From an uncultured Acidobacteriota bacterium (lineage in GTDB: Bacteria > Acidobacteriota > UBA6911): a stretch of DNA of 64,000 nt. Position numbers and translations under genes: made by a program. Of this stretch, positions 42,907-52,952 are shown piece after piece. The notes under the pieces are model-generated. The model had not been told where the DNA came from, made no database searches, and worked only from the letters and a program-made list of their open reading frames with translations. Numbering within the stretch: position 1 is the first letter of the stretch; every line of letters begins with the position of its first letter. Location of the stretch: assembly GCA_963809485.1 (NCBI GenBank), contig CAWEJX010000001.1:32001-96000 (forward strand), written 5' to 3'.

Positions 42907-44613
42907 TTAATACTTCACATAGGTAGGAATAAGGTTTTTGTACTTTGCAGCCAACTCCTTCCAGTTTTTCGGCAGTTGGATTTTTTTGCTGACGAAATCA
43001 TTGCCCAGAATCCCTCCGCCAGCACTCTTGAACACCCCATACCAGGTTCCGGCACCGCCCGCGACCACGATCATTAAGGCGTCTCGGGAAGTATTAAGGG
43101 ATGCGGCAGCGGCATTATCCCCTTTCGGTCGGGACTTGGCGGAACCTGCCTCTCCGGGTTTCATCAGATATTCCCTTACCTTCGACTTGGTCCATCCTTC
43201 ACTCGCCAGAATGTCTGCATGGGTTGGGATTATCATCAGGGCATTCATAATGCCTGGACTCGAGCCGGCAATCGAATCGAGAATTCCTTTTGCATCCGTG
43301 CCGCGCGGTATGGAATAGACGTGCTGGTTCGGGAAAAACATGGTTACGGTGCTGTCTTCCTTTTTGAATCCCCGTTCGACGTGCAAGGGTTCCCATGGGC
43401 TGTCTTCCTCGTTCTCGGCGAGAACCAGCGAGTATTTGCCCGGATTCCCCAGCGTTCCCATATCTTCGATACCCTTCCTGGCCCCGCCGATATTCTTGAC
43501 AATCAGCCCCAAGGCCCTTCCTATTGCCGAGTTGGACAGATTCCCCGGACTGAGAACGCCGGAACCGGAATTGATATGGATATCCTTTCTTATGGGGCCG
43601 TTGACGACCAGGAAAGGAGCCCATGATCCTGTGCTCACTTCAAAGGTATCGAATCGGGCTTTCGGATCGGACACAGTCTCCACCGCCGCGATCAGAACCG
43701 GCATATGAATGGGCAGGGCTCCTGCCATGACGGCGTTCACCGCAATCTTCTCCACGGTAGCCTTGCCCATCCGCGGGATGATTTTAGCCACAACATGGTC
43801 TGCCGGAAGATCCGTTCCCTTCATCATCTCGGCCACGGCTTCCTCGGATGGCGGAATAACCGGCAATCCGTCTCCCCAGCCTTGGCGGTAGAAAAATTGA
43901 TTCACTTCCGTCAGATTGCCTTTAAACACAATTCTGGGTGCGTTTTCGATCTTCAATTGCGGAGATTTTTCCTGCTCCGTCAGGGGTCTGGTCAAGGCCG
44001 CCACAATATCATCAAATACCTTATCGATGCCCGACTTGATGTCCTCGGCAACAGTAGATTCACACGTAATCGGTTCTCCCAGAACTCTAAGATTTGGCAT
44101 AGCCTTGCTGGACGCCGCAGAATGGGCGTCGTCCACGAAACCGCGATTCGCCAGTAACACGACCGGCGTTCCAAAGTCCTCAATCTCTACACTGTTGTAG
44201 GTGAGGAACTTTGTGCAGCCCCCTCAATCCCCAACCGCCGTAATAACGGCGTCCATTTCTTTGGCCCAGGCGGCATACTTTTCCTTGTTTTCCGCAAGAT
44301 ACTTCTGAGAGGGAGCCTCAAAATAGCTGGTTTGACAATCGGGAAACCTTTCCTTGAGTTTCTTTTCAATATAGGCCTGTATCGGTCTTGCGGCGCGCTT
44401 CATGTTGTAGAATAATCCGATCTTCTTGCCGGCCAGAGAATCGACTCTCGGTGAAATTCCGCGGGGAGGGATGGGATCCACTTCTGCCCACGGGCTTAAG
44501 ACTTCATATTGCCATTCCGAGGCATCCTTGGCAAAAGTAGCCTCCGAAGGAACGTGAATGGCCATAGAGGCAAAAAAACCCATGGCCGCAATAAACAAAA
44601 TATTTCTCATCAT
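42907..44613 (-). CDS. UGSC-family selenoprotein (UGGC motif) fused to a 'DGLPxxPP' domain, with signal peptide; in-frame UGA at 44224-44226
   Basis: ORFs 44224-44613 and 42907-44160 are in one frame separated only by TGA: AVITAVGD-U-GGCTKFLTYNSVEIEDFGTPVVLLANRGF; 568 aa in total; AGGAGGAG RBS. Confidence 0.85.
44173..44212 (-). promoter_or_regulatory. Putative SECIS hairpin 11 nt downstream of the UGA
   Basis: mRNA AAAGU(U)CCUCA..CUACA-ACAG-UGUAG..UGAGGACUUU forms a long stem-loop; the loop G position is less canonical than at 26019. Confidence 0.6.
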
Positions 44614-44804
44614 CGACTCCTCCTTAAATTCCCAATGGGATTCCTTATTATTGCTGCCATCTTTGACCTGCGATCCAACCTATCCTATAAGGGTGCCGAT
44701 AGATATCTGAGATAATCCGTTAGGAGAGTTTTATTTTCAAGCTTTATGTGGAACACCGATCAGCGAGGCGCAAGACCGGAAATTTTCATAAAAGATTAAC
44801 CAAG

Positions 44805-45072
44805 TCAATTGGTGCGCCGTCGCCACCAATAGAACTGCTTCTCCTTCAGATTCCGTTGCCAGCAGAACTCACTGATAGACATGCCGCTGCGCGCCGCCTC
44901 CCGAATCGTCCTTTCCCACTGCTGTTCTCTTGCCAGATTCGTTCGTCCTCCGCGCATAACCACACTCCCGCTTATTGTGACCGACATGTGCTCCATTGCA
45001 CGCGTGCGCCGTTCGCCGAGCAGTATCACATTTGAGATTTATCAGGGGAAGATGGGTTTACCGGACGGATAC
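44805..45072 (-). mobile_element. IS66-family remnant: left end plus truncated TnpA accessory ORF (44805-44957)
   Basis: Terminal IR-like GTATCCGTCCGGTAAACCCATCTT (45072-45049); ORF REQQWERTIREAARSGMSISEFCWQRNLKEKQFYWWRRR is typical of IS66 TnpA; no TnpB or TnpC. Confidence 0.8.
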
Positions 45073-45106
45073 TTTTCATCCACGTTTTCACCTTCAGGCA
45101 ATTTGT

Positions 45107-45355
45107 CTATTGCCCAATTTTGTGTCCAAGTTTGACAATCTGGAAGCAAAGTAATACGCCCATGAGGAGAAGGACACTACCAAAAACCAGCAGAAGGTAT
45201 TCTGAGCGTTTTTTAACTTTCTCGCCATACGAAAGCCCCCAAAACCGGTTTTGAATATCGATTGAAGATGATGCAACACTTGACCTAAACAAAATCATCA
45301 ATATACCTACAAAGACAAGAAATAAGCCAACAGCAAAACTATTTTCTATCCACAT
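45107..45355 (-). CDS. Small two-TM membrane protein, putative orphan immunity protein
   Basis: 82 aa, two hydrophobic helices, AT-rich, directly downstream of a toxin-tip-like fragment. Confidence 0.65.
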   Translation of the reverse strand: MWIENSFAVGLFLVFVGILMILFRSSVASSSIDIQNRFWGLSYGEKVKKRSEYLLLVFGSVLLLMGVLLCFQIVKLGHKIGQ

Positions 45356-45364
45356 GCGAAAACC

Positions 45365-45481
45365 TCATCTCTTATCGGAACCAAAAATATAAAAAAATGG
45401 GCCGTCCAACCGACTGGGCCTCCAACGCCAATTTCGAAATACAATCCAGCCGACGTGCTGTAACCGAGCTGAGGGATCTCC
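45365..45481 (-). pseudogene. Remnant of a toxin C-terminal tip
   Basis: Minus strand reads EIPQLGYSTSAGLYFEIGVGGPVGWTA then, after a shift in the poly-T run, YIFGSDKR*; no start; cut at the RAYT boundary. Confidence 0.45.
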
Positions 45482-46906
45482 TGGACACCCATCTATTTGT
45501 CTATTTTTTTGGGCACATTCCATGGGTTCACCATTAGATGTATTGAAAGGAGTGAACCATGACTATGCCGCGAAGCAAATATGTCCAGGAAGGACAAGAT
45601 GGCGTCTATCACTGCTTCAGCCGCTGCGTCCGCCGGGCGTTTCTATATGGATTCGATGCAAACACCGGCCGCGACTTCTCCCATCGCAAAGCATGGCTGG
45701 TCGACAGGTTACGGTTTCTCTCCGCCATTTTTGCCATCGATGTCTGTGCTTTCGCCGTCATGCAAAACCACTTCCACGTCATTCTTCGTATCTGCCTCGA
45801 AATCGCCGCCGCCTGGTCCGATCGCGAGGTGGCCACCCGCTGGCTTACCCTCTTCCCTATACGGCACGCACCCCCTTCCGAAGCCCAGATCTGCGCCCTG
45901 GCCGATTGCCCCGAACGCATCGCCGTATTGCGCAAACGACTCTGCAGCCTCAGCTGGTTTATGGGCCGACTCAACGAATTCATCGCCCGAGCCGCCAATA
46001 AAGAAGATAACGTCAAGGGCCGATTCTGGGAATCCCGATTCAAATGTCAGGCCCTGCTCGACGAGGCTGCCATTGCTGCCTGCATGGTTTATGTGGATCT
46101 GAATCCCATCCGTGCCGGCCTGGCCCCAACTCCCGAAGAAAGCGACTTCACCAGCATTCAGGAACGGATTCGCGCCTGGCAGAATCAAATGACCAGCAAA
46201 GCTTTGATAACCAGCGCGTTAACTCAGCACAACCCGGACCGGTCTTCGGTAGAGAACATGCCAATGTCGGAAGATAAAACGGGTATTCCCGATTCAATTA
46301 CCGAAGCTATCCCTGTAGGTTCTCTCGACTCCCCATCCCTTTGGCTGTGTCCCATTCAATCAGATACCCACCGTCGCGGCATCCTGCAGATGACTGAAGC
46401 CGATTACTTCAATCTGGTAGACCAGTCGGGGCGCCTATTGCGGGCTGACAAACGCGGAGCCATTGATCCCCAACTCGCACCCATTCTGCTGCGCATTGGC
46501 GCCAGTCCACAAGCCTGGATAGATACCATTTCCCATTTCGGCCCGAAATTCCGTCTGGCGGCAGGCTTAATTTCCAGTCTGCGTGATTTTGCGGATCAGC
46601 TCGGCCGAAGGTGGCTCGTTGGCATATCCGCAGCTCGAACTGCCTTTGCATCTACATCGCCGCAGTCGGCCTGAGCCATGTTGCTCTGCCAGATTCCCTC
46701 CACCTATCCGACTGTCGCTCCTTAGCCTTGCAGATCGCCTCCAGCAATCCTTGACCTTCAGCTCGCCGGCCACTGCCAAGCTGCCCTCATCGATTTGCTG
46801 TATTCGCGGGTGCCTATTGATTGCCTACTGATAGCAAATGAAACCAAAAACAAATGATTTGGGTATCGATCTGCTTTATTTGCTGCCTACAAACAGTAGG
46901 TGTCCA
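45482..46906 (+). mobile_element. RAYT-like Y1 transposase unit bounded by imperfect inverted motifs
   Basis: Left TGGACACCCATCTATTTGT (45482-45500); right 46889-46906, reverse complement TGGACACCTACTGTTTGT; no target-site duplication. Confidence 0.7.
45559..46674 (+). CDS. HUH/Y1 tyrosine transposase (IS200-like, REP-associated RAYT type)
   Basis: YHCFSRCVRRAFL, HUH motif MQNHFHV, GRFWESRFK, catalytic YVDLNP.RAG, SDFTSI. Confidence 0.92.
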   Translation: MTMPRSKYVQEGQDGVYHCFSRCVRRAFLYGFDANTGRDFSHRKAWLVDRLRFLSAIFAIDVCAFAVMQNHFHVILRICLEIAAAWSDREVATRWLTLFPIRHAPPSEAQICALADCPERIAVLRKRLCSLSWFMGRLNEFIARAANKEDNVKGRFWESRFKCQALLDEAAIAACMVYVDLNPIRAGLAPTPEESDFTSIQERIRAWQNQMTSKALITSALTQHNPDRSSVENMPMSEDKTGIPDSITEAIPVGSLDSPSLWLCPIQSDTHRRGILQMTEADYFNLVDQSGRLLRADKRGAIDPQLAPILLRIGASPQAWIDTISHFGPKFRLAAGLISSLRDFADQLGRRWLVGISAARTAFASTSPQSA

Positions 46907-47142
46907 CGTTTGTCTCCATTCGTCGTCTCTGAGTGGGCAATTGTGTTTGGATTGCTGTATAACAATTCTGCTATCGTGGTAGCCTGACCATTGTCAACTA
47001 TTGGAAGAGGAGACAAAGAGCCGTTGAAATATTTTGCACCAGCGGAAGCAGCATTGAGGCTATCGAGCGTAAGATCACCTACATAGGGACCTTGAGCGCG
47101 TGAAAGAAGAAGGATGGTGCGGATGGCCGCTTGGGCTGCATT
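46876..47142 (-). pseudogene. Start-less open frame resembling an orphan Rhs toxin-tip fragment
   Basis: 88 open codons NAAQAAIRTILLLSRAQG...SLNAASAGAKYFNGS...TTIAELLYSNPNTIAHSETTNG; low GC; lies after the immunity-like gene and runs into the RAYT right end. Confidence 0.5.
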
Positions 47143-47167
47143 TCATATAAATAGAAGGTGCATCGAT

Positions 47168-48235
47168 CTAATCCGGCAACTTAAGTTTCCTCCAACTGCA
47201 CCCGTGATCCGAAGAGCAGTAAAGATCTTTGCCGTTAGCAACGGCAAAAAGATACCTTCCATCAATGGGATCCACGCCAATGCTCTGGATCCCGTTGACC
47301 TTGTCATTAGCCAATGGCAGTAGTCGAAATGTCTGGCCTGCATCAGATGACCGATACAGGCCCTTGGAACTAAGCACATAAATTATGGCTGGATCTTCAG
47401 GATCCGTCTCGATTTGCTCTAATTCTACCGGATACCCCTTATCTTCACTGTTCCTTCTCCACGAACGCAGTTGCTGAAATTTGTCCGCAAAAAGGGGAGA
47501 AAATATGTCCGCAAAAAGAGGGGAAAATATTTCTCGGCTGCTCTCCAACAGTCTCCTGCTCTTGCTTGCATCAACGGAGGCCAAGAGTCCATCTGAGATT
47601 AAATACAAGATATCTGGATTTGCGCGGCATTCAACTAAATATCGGTAATCATCATACAAAGGTCTGAAAGTCTTTCCATAGTTATCAGAAATATACGTTC
47701 CATGCTCTCCGACAGCTGTCGCCTCGGCATATATTCTTCCTGGATTCTGCATGCCTGTTCCGATTATCGACAAGCTTCCAAGATGCCTGCCCTTAATTGT
47801 CCTGGGATGAACAAGGCTCCAGGAACGTCCCTCATCCCGACTCACCTCTATATCAGCCCTATGCTGACTCTTGACCGCGGGGCGATACACTGTCTGAGGA
47901 TCGACATTGCTAACAAAGCATCCTCCGGCAGCACTTGCAGTTGAGGATTGATGACATCTAAATAGATCTTTTGCCAGATGCCACGTATTGCCTCTGTCCG
48001 TAGACGAATAAACCTGCATGTCACTGGAAATAGCTATTCTGGATACAGCACCGCGCTGCTGAATACTAAGTATATTGACGCGGATACGAAAATGATCCGA
48101 TGTTTCCATACCCGCTGAAAGAACTCTTTGAATGCGCGGATCATCGCCGCATAAATCTCTCTCTAAGGGGAAAGCTAGCGGTAATGAACCCCCAAAGATA
48201 AGTATACATGAAATGGCAATTTCAGCCGGTTTCAT
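47168..48235 (-). CDS. Exported Asp-box (BNR) beta-propeller protein, putative immunity protein
   Basis: Signal peptide; Asp-boxes STDRGNTW, SRDEGRSW, SDNYGKTF, SSDAGQTF, SSDHGCSW; starts 3 nt after the rhs stop; low GC like the toxin tip. Confidence 0.8.
   Translation of the reverse strand: MKPAEIAISCILIFGGSLPLAFPLERDLCGDDPRIQRVLSAGMETSDHFRIRVNILSIQQRGAVSRIAISSDMQVYSSTDRGNTWHLAKDLFRCHQSSTASAAGGCFVSNVDPQTVYRPAVKSQHRADIEVSRDEGRSWSLVHPRTIKGRHLGSLSIIGTGMQNPGRIYAEATAVGEHGTYISDNYGKTFRPLYDDYRYLVECRANPDILYLISDGLLASVDASKSRRLLESSREIFSPLFADIFSPLFADKFQQLRSWRRNSEDKGYPVELEQIETDPEDPAIIYVLSSKGLYRSSDAGQTFRLLPLANDKVNGIQSIGVDPIDGRYLFAVANGKDLYCSSDHGCSWRKLKLPD
47482..47529. repeat. 24-bp in-frame tandem duplication (IFSPLFAD x2)
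   Basis: tgtccgcaaaaaggggagaaaata / tgtccgcaaaaagaggggaaaata. Confidence 0.9.
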
Positions 48236-48238
48236 TGG

Positions 48239-51200
48239 TCACCACCTACAGTGTTTCTTCAGTTCTATATGATAAAAATAACTGGCTTCAGCTTTATCCT
48301 CTCCTTTGTATCCTGTGGCTTTGGCCAATTGAAGGTCGCTATAGGTTCCCCTAAACCAGACCCATTGGTTGGCTTTGTGGCTGATTTCGTGAATTACCGT
48401 TTGAGCTTGCTCTTCTGGCGACGCGTTTGGATCAAAGAACTCCTCATAAAAGTAAACAAATTTGCTTGAAAAAGTTTCCGCAACAGCTCCTTGTCCTGAC
48501 CGATACAATGGGACCAATACGAGGTTACCAGGTTCTAACAATTTATACAGATTGGCGGCGCTTCGGTTCGCTCTGTTTACAGCCGCTTCGCTAATAACTC
48601 CGCTTCGTCCAATCTCAATCGTGAAGAAGACATTTTTTAGCCACGATATACAGCCTGGATAGTTAAGCATTGCTTTTGCATTAGTCACTGCAAATCCAAG
48701 AATTTCATCACGAGTAGGAGGCTGGGGGGTTTGCCGTCCTGGTCCTATTCCCATCCATCCCGTATAGAGCCACATCGCCACTGCAGCATTCATTGCTTGC
48801 GCCGGATCATGGGAAAAGGGCACCGAACTGTTGCCAATAGAAATCAAACCCGACGAGAATGGATCAAGTGCATAATAAATGGAATAGGGCACCTCTAGCC
48901 TTCCATCCGGGTCCACAAGATTGATGGGATCGTTTCTGACGTAGGCGTATTTGTTGAGGCATTTTGGTTCGCAGACATTTGAGGTCACCGGATCGGGAGA
49001 GGCCCATCGCGACATTATCGAGCTGTACGACCTTGCCAGATTGAAGTGCAACCCGCTCTCCGGGTCGTCCTTGTGCCCCGCAAACTGGTCGTTCCCTCCC
49101 GGACTGAACGGCTGGCCATACATCGACGTCAGCCCCGAACTGATCGTGTAGCTCGCCATATCAATCACCTGGTTCAGATGACCGCGCCGCAGATACTCCG
49201 TCGTGGTCGCGCCGCCCCCCGTAACCGTCCGCCTCGCTACCGCCTGACTGCCGTTCACTATATAGTCCGTCCGCGCATTGTTCGATCCCGATGGCGTCGT
49301 CTCCGTCCGGTAGTCCGCCATCAACTCATTCCCGGCTCCATATATCGAGATTATGTTTCCCGATACCGTGCCCGACTGGATCTGATACGTATAAGTCTTC
49401 TTCACCCGCCGCCCCAGAGCATCATACCGGTAGACTCCCCAATCCGTCCCCGTGACCGATGTCATCCTCCCCGCTCCGTCCCAGGCATAGCTCCTCGCCC
49501 CTTCCGCCAGCAGGTTGCCTGTCGCATCATATGCCGTCGTTACCGCATCCTGACCGTCCGTATAGCCGCTCAGCCGGTTGTTCGAGGCATTCACGTCATA
49601 CGTAATCTGTGAGTCCTGCCCCGGATTGCCCGGATACTGCAGCTGGTTCGTCAGCATGTTGCCGAATTGATCGTAGCTGAAGCTGTTCACCTGATCCGTC
49701 ACATAATTATTGTTGGCATCCCGGACTGCATGCGTCGCAGATACCAGCCGCCCCACCTTATCGTAGGCATACGTGTATTGAGCCACCGCATTGACGATCT
49801 GTTCCCGAATGCTGCTGATCTGCGAGCTGCCGTTGTAATATAGATTCCAGTAGATCGTCCTCTGCGGGCTGCTCCGCACCATGCTATACAGATTCAGCCT
49901 TCCCACAGCGTCATACGTGTATTCCTGACGGATATTGTCCCCGAACGAGATTTTCGAAAGAGCTCCATCTTGCGACTCATAGCTGTAGCCGGCGTGCGTG
50001 ATGGTTCCCGTATTGTTCTTGATCGTCTTCGTCCGGCACATCGCATCCCTGGTGTACCGGATGTCCAGCCCCGCAGGATACGTGATCTGCCACAGGTTGC
50101 TCTCCGAGCAGGATCCTATGAAATTATAACTGTACCCCACCGGATACTGAATCCCATCGATGCTCGCCACCTGCTGCGTCACACGCCCCCCTGCCTCGTA
50201 GCTCCAGCTGTACCCGATCCCGTCCGATGTCCAGGCGCTCGTCATCCGCCCCTTGCCGTTGGTGATCGTCCCGATCAGCCCCGAGGTCGCTTGATCATAA
50301 TAATAACTCGCCGACGGCGTCCCGTCCGAAAAACTCGTGCTCGTCCGCCGGTTCAACACATCATAGGTCGATGCCGCCACAACCCCACGCGCATCCGTCC
50401 GGCTCAAAACATTCCCGTTATCGTCATACGTGTAGGTCGTCGCGCCCTTCTCCGGGTGCGTTTCCGCAGTCAGACGGCCCAGGCTGTCATAGGTGAACGT
50501 CCTGGTCTGGTCCGGCAGGTTGCCCTGTCCGATCTGAACTATCTGAGTCAGCTTCCCCAGAACATTATAGCTGTAGGTCGTCACTATGCTCAGGTTCCCG
50601 GCCGCATCCTGCTCGGTGACCTGCGAGATGTTTCCCAATTCGTCGTAGGTGTACTTTTTCTTCTTGTTCTCAGGATTCGTCACCGTAACCGTATTCCCTA
50701 CATAGAGATACGATGTAGTACCTACCGATGGCACCGCCTCCGTCAATACCCGCCCCAGCGGATCGTACGTGTAGGTGGCGTTTGTGGGCGTTCCCCCGTC
50801 ACGATACGGAAACGAGACCGAGCTTGCCTGCTGCCAGGGATTGTTGTAGCCCATCGTGGTAAGAATATCATCCTCTGCTTCAGGGTCTTCCTGCCTGGTC
50901 TTGATCACCTCGCTCGAGGAATCCACCGTCGCATATTGCGTCCCCGAGGACGACATTTCCGTGGTCGTTAAATTGAAATACTCATCAAAATCGTCATAGC
51001 AATAGTTCGTTAGCCCGATGGGTGTGTTTATCTGGGTCGTTCGGCCCAACTCGTCGTACCAGTAGTATACCGTGGCGCCGTTGGCATCGATGGCGGTTGC
51101 CAGGTCCCCGTTGTAGTAATTAAACCCGCTCGGAATACTGCTTCCACGTCTGCTCGCTCTGCTGCCCCAGCGCATTGGTCGTGTAGCGCGGCAGCGTGTA

Positions 51201-52943
51201 GTTCGTCGAACTCGTGAACGTCCGCGTCGTCGTATTGCTTTTCGCATCCGTCTCCGACACCACGTTCCCTGTCATGTCGTACCCGGATGTCGTCGTCAGA
51301 AACCGGCTCTCCCCGATCAGCTTACGCCGCACGCTCGTCGGATTGCCCCGCACCGTTATGTTCTGATTGTCGTAAGCAGTGTCATGGTTATAGACCGGCC
51401 CCTGATACAGCGTCAGCTGGTACTCATCGTACCCATACTCCGTTCGCGCCACCTCCGTGCCGCTTCCATCCTTGACCGAAACCGCAGCCGGCAGGTTCGT
51501 CATGTTTGCTGCCGTATAGGCGGAGTTGCTTTCATGCCGGTAGGTCGTCGTCGCTCGTCTGAGCACCACCGTGTTGCCGTACTTGTACTGGACCGTCTGG
51601 CTGATATTGCCCGTGCCGTCGGTGGCATAGATCAGCTCCGTTTTGAGGCTCTGTCCGTCGTCCAGGGTCGTCGTCCTCCGCGTCGGGCGGGGATTCACGA
51701 TATAGCCGGCGCTTATGTCCTGCTCCCAGTCGGTCGTTTGAGTCCGGTACACCGTCGTCTGGCTCAGATTCTTGCGCTGCATGCTCGATATCAGCCCGTC
51801 GGACCACGAGCGGGCCGGGTAGACCGAATAGTTGAAATTATAGTCCGTGATACCGCGAATATCCGTTACGGCCGTCTTGGACGGATTGGATCCGTTGCCG
51901 TTGAACGTATAAGCCAGCGATGTCGTGTAGTATTGCGTGCCGTCCGTGTAATCTTTCCGGCTCGTTACCACCCGTTCCTCCACGCTCGTGTAGACCGGAT
52001 CCGCATACGAGCGCGTGCCAAATGTGAAATCGGCCAGCGTCTTCGTGACACTCTGCCCGTCCTTTTCCACCCGGTTCGTTATGGTCTGGATTTCCCCCAG
52101 ATAGTAGTAGATGTAATTCTGAACAAAATTCCGGTCCGGCAGACTGAACGTGATCGAGTTCAATCTCCGTTCTCCCGAAGGGACCTGCTTGGGCACCGAA
52201 AAAGTGGGTGTAAAGGTTCCCGCAGCGCTGGTGTTGAACGTAATCGTGCCCCGGAACGTTCCATAAGAGGTTATGGTCTCGAGGCAGCCTGTGGTGGCGT
52301 TGTAGGAAAATGCCGCGGCTTTGCCCAGAGTGTCGAATACCTCGTTGAGCTTGCCTGTCCCTGCAACATAAGTGGCCGTAATCCGGTTTCCGTTCGTGTC
52401 CTTCATCTCGGTCATGTAGCTGGTATTGCCTACGGTATTGCCGAATACGAGCCGGATCCCTCCCTTGAGCGTAGCTGTCTTGGACGCAACATCCAGCACA
52501 ATGTAGGTCGAATCGACCGATTTCCACACTCCGTTGTCATGCTGCTGGATCTCATGCGACGAGCCGTCCGGGTCCACAAGGGCATAGCTTGAGGCGCCCT
52601 GAATAAGTCTCGCGAATCCCAGGTACCACCCTATGCCTACCCAGCTCCCGGTATCCTTGACATACATCCCGTTGCCATTCCGGTCCCAGATCTTGCTGTT
52701 GTAATAGATCGACAGATCCAGATTGAAACCGGCCCGGCCAGGTCGCGATACCAGCCGCCGGCCGTAGACCAGGTTGCCGTTGACCAGATTGATCCGGCCT
52801 GTGCCGTCAAGATAGGTTCCGAAGGAATAAACCCCGCGCGCATTCCTCGGTTTGTGGGTCAGCTCCGTTTCCATCAGCGCTGTCCTGGGAAGGACCGGGA
52901 AGCCCAAAAGCGCAATCACGACGAAGAGAATGGACTTTTTCAT
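48239..52943 (-). CDS. Rhs/YD-repeat polymorphic toxin with signal peptide and HExxH C-terminal tip (one +1 frameshift near 51120-51130)
   Basis: ORFs 51120-52943 and 48239-51247 join into about 1567 aa; YD repeats (YTYDPLGRV, YDSLGRL); core end YAYVRNDPINLVDPDG; tip QAQTVIHEISHKAN. Confidence 0.92.
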
Positions 52944-52952
52944 GGCGCCCCC

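Noticed and set aside
44224-44613. Treating 44224-44613 and 42907-44160 as two genes or as a nonsense pseudogene
   Set aside because: Same frame, a single TGA within a UxxC motif and a downstream hairpin favour selenocysteine read-through.
45398-45427. Direct repeat TGGGCCGTCCAAC / TGGGCCTCCAAC as REP sequences of the RAYT
   Set aside because: Not hairpin-forming, and explained by the coding repeat (GVGGP/VGWTA) in the toxin-tip remnant.
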